Shown: in pieces, positions 61,701-64,000 of the stretch
Numbering within the stretch: position 1 is the stretch's first letter
Layout of the letters: every line of letters begins with the position of its first letter
Assembly: GCF_003918875.1 (NCBI RefSeq)
Contig: NW_025765122.1
Coordinates: 62,001 to 126,000, forward strand
Source of the DNA: Haliotis rubra
Lineage: Eukaryota
Direction of reading: 5' to 3'
Length of the DNA stretch: 64,000 nucleotides
The notes under the pieces: generated by a model
What the model was told of the DNA's origin: nothing
What the model saw: only the letters and a program-made list of their open reading frames with translations
Databases searched by the model: none
Made by a program: the position numbers and the translations under genes

Positions 61701-63019
61701 ATACTCAATTATTTGTGCACTTATTTCTTTTTGGGACACCCTTAAAAAACATTTCATTTTCCAAAATATCCTAAAACATGTTTTTTAGCTACAAATCAGA
61801 TACAAAATACCCACATATTGTTTGTACATAAAGTTTATGATCATGCACCAATTTTCACTCATTAAACAAAAATTGAATACAACTTGATTTTTAATGCAAA
61901 AATGACAAAGCATATTCTATATTTTGTGTCCAGACATTTGGAAAAGAGATAACAACATAAATAATTATTTTAGAAACAATTATTTTTGCTCAGGAAATGC
62001 TATTTGTGTATGGTATTGTTTGAATGAACTTCTCAGAGTGAAATGTCGTGATGTGGTTGACACTAGTTGAATCCTCATTTCCTTCAGAATTTAAACGTAT
62101 ATTTTCAAAAATACACCAGATGGTCACCTAATGATTATGTACAGGATATTGGCGTATTTATTTAAGAGGAGAGAAGGGTCTATTCACAATGAGCGAGGAA
62201 TAAAGAAACAAGACAATAATTTCACTGAGTACATAAGAAATCATTCTGCACGAGTGATTCTACAAAGAGCCTTTCCATTCTGGTGATAAAATTCATGTTG
62301 CATAATAAAGAAGAGGAAAGAGATTGGTGAGGAATGTTACGACAATCTTGGCAAGTTACCATGTACCATCACATCCCTGACAACTGCTCGTGAACCTTAA
62401 ACTATTCAAAATAAGTTAAGAAACACCTGATTATTCCATATGTACCGCAAATGTCTCTTCAACTATACACCAGTTCTTCATTCCTACAGGGACTAGATTC
62501 AGACATTAACCCTGACTTTCCGGATTCCAGAGATATCAAAGGTGAGGCAACTTCAACTAAATAACAGCTGTAGGGAATGTTCAAGTCTCACCATAACACA
62601 ATGGGACACAATGAGACAATGTAAGAAGTGACCTGATAGACCAACAGATTAGTTGACAACAGATTCAAGACAAGATTAAAAATAACAAACTGAATAATAA
62701 GTCCTGTATGGACACAACTAGTAAGGTAATCTTGTAACACAACATGTCAGTGGACAACACTTTGCTGTAGGAACAAACGCTTGTGTTATATTATCGTGCT
62801 GGATGTTCTGTGTGTGTTAATGATTAACTAATAGTCTTTGAAGTTATTATCATAGATATGTTTATTCATAAAAACTGACTTCCATATCGTCTGTTAATGT
62901 AGTCATGCATATAATGTACAGTTTGTGCAAAATGCTTTCACAATTTACATATTTTTTTAAACACAAAGGTTTTGAAGTCAGTCTCAACCATTTAACTGTC
63001 TGTAGAGTCACTTGCACGC

Positions 63020-63246
63020 TGGGTGAAGACACAGCTGTAGGGTGAAGACACACCTGTAGGGTGAAGTGAGTGAGTGAGTTCAGTTTTTACGCCCCACTCA
63101 GCAATATTCCAGCTATATGGCGGCAGTCTGCAGGGTGAAGACACACCTGTAGGCTGAATACACACCTGTAGGCTGAATACACACCTGTTGGGTGAAGACA
63201 TCTGCAAGGTGAAGACACACCTGTAGGGTGAAGAAACACCTGCAGG
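63020..63246. repeat. ~19-20-bp minisatellite interrupted by a SINE tail
   Basis: Unit GGGTGAAGACACACCTGTA. SINE fragment at 63066-63130. Confidence 0.85.
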
Positions 63247-64000
63247 ATGAATGCATTTAGAACTGAATAACTGATAGCATCATCAAAGACAAAAGTAACT
63301 GAGATCATGTGAAGTGAATTTATTGAAAACTGAGCATAAACGTTTTCTGTGATAAAGAACCATTGGCTTCAGTGACTGCTTGGTCACACCGTTGTGTACA
63401 CAACACACCAGTTCTGACAGAAGGCAGTGTGAGGCTCTTTGGAAAATAGTCAGGTAAGATGGGAAGTCCTGCCTCACTTTTCAGGAACAATTTGTGTAAC
63501 TAATTTAAACTTCAACATCAAAAGAGATGCCTTATTAAAAAACATTTTCTTGCAAAGTAGAATTCACATCTTGAAAAAAAAACCCAGGATTTTCTATTTC
63601 GCCCTTGTAAAAATATACATGATATAATAACATGAACAGTTACTTTTGCCTCTGAGTATATGCTATCTAACTGTCTGTCCACTCAGCAAATCCTTGAAGG
63701 AATATTAAAGGAACAAAAAGCATACTTTGATATGAAATCTTCAAATGAATAAGATCACATTCATTTCCACATGATCAAATATTTTCATAAATAAAATAAA
63801 TAACCAGTTTTACTTGCAATGTCAGAGAAGATCTCTGTCTTACAAACATACACGACAACAGCAGCAGGTGCCCTTTCTAAACACACTCACTGCTTTACTG
63901 ACAGACAGCTGTCAGTCAACGGTAATTACCAGGCACATTCATATACGCTATGTCACATGCAAAAAATGATCTTGACCAAATATGTCAACATATGCCACCA

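Overview
Eukaryotic, AT-rich, intron-containing animal DNA. The SINE families and (CACT)n/(CAGT)n tails suggest a gastropod mollusc (abalone-like), which is an inference. The first ~5.8 kb looks like unpolished, error-rich long-read sequence. 5844-18814 is a large TIR-bounded DNA transposon with two convergent genes: a C2H2 zinc-finger gene and a P/Kolobok-like transposase carrying a YqaJ-type nuclease insert. Two different tyrosine-recombinase elements are nested inside it. One is a PAT-like DIRS retrotransposon with split direct repeats and an internal array of conserved 22-nt hairpin motifs. The other is a nearly intact, intron-containing Crypton flanked by lox-like palindromes. Host genes are a PAN/apple + ankyrin-repeat gene (20896-28566, two frameshifts), an ankyrin/SOCS-box gene (35773-37119) whose stop codon comes from a retroposon insertion, and a complete 12-exon peroxisomal 3-ketoacyl-CoA thiolase (ACAA1, 42724-55548). 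In ACAA1, several unrelated minisatellites have each amplified an exon-intron junction. The rest is SINEs, L2-type LINE ends, MITEs and a decayed Tc1 element.
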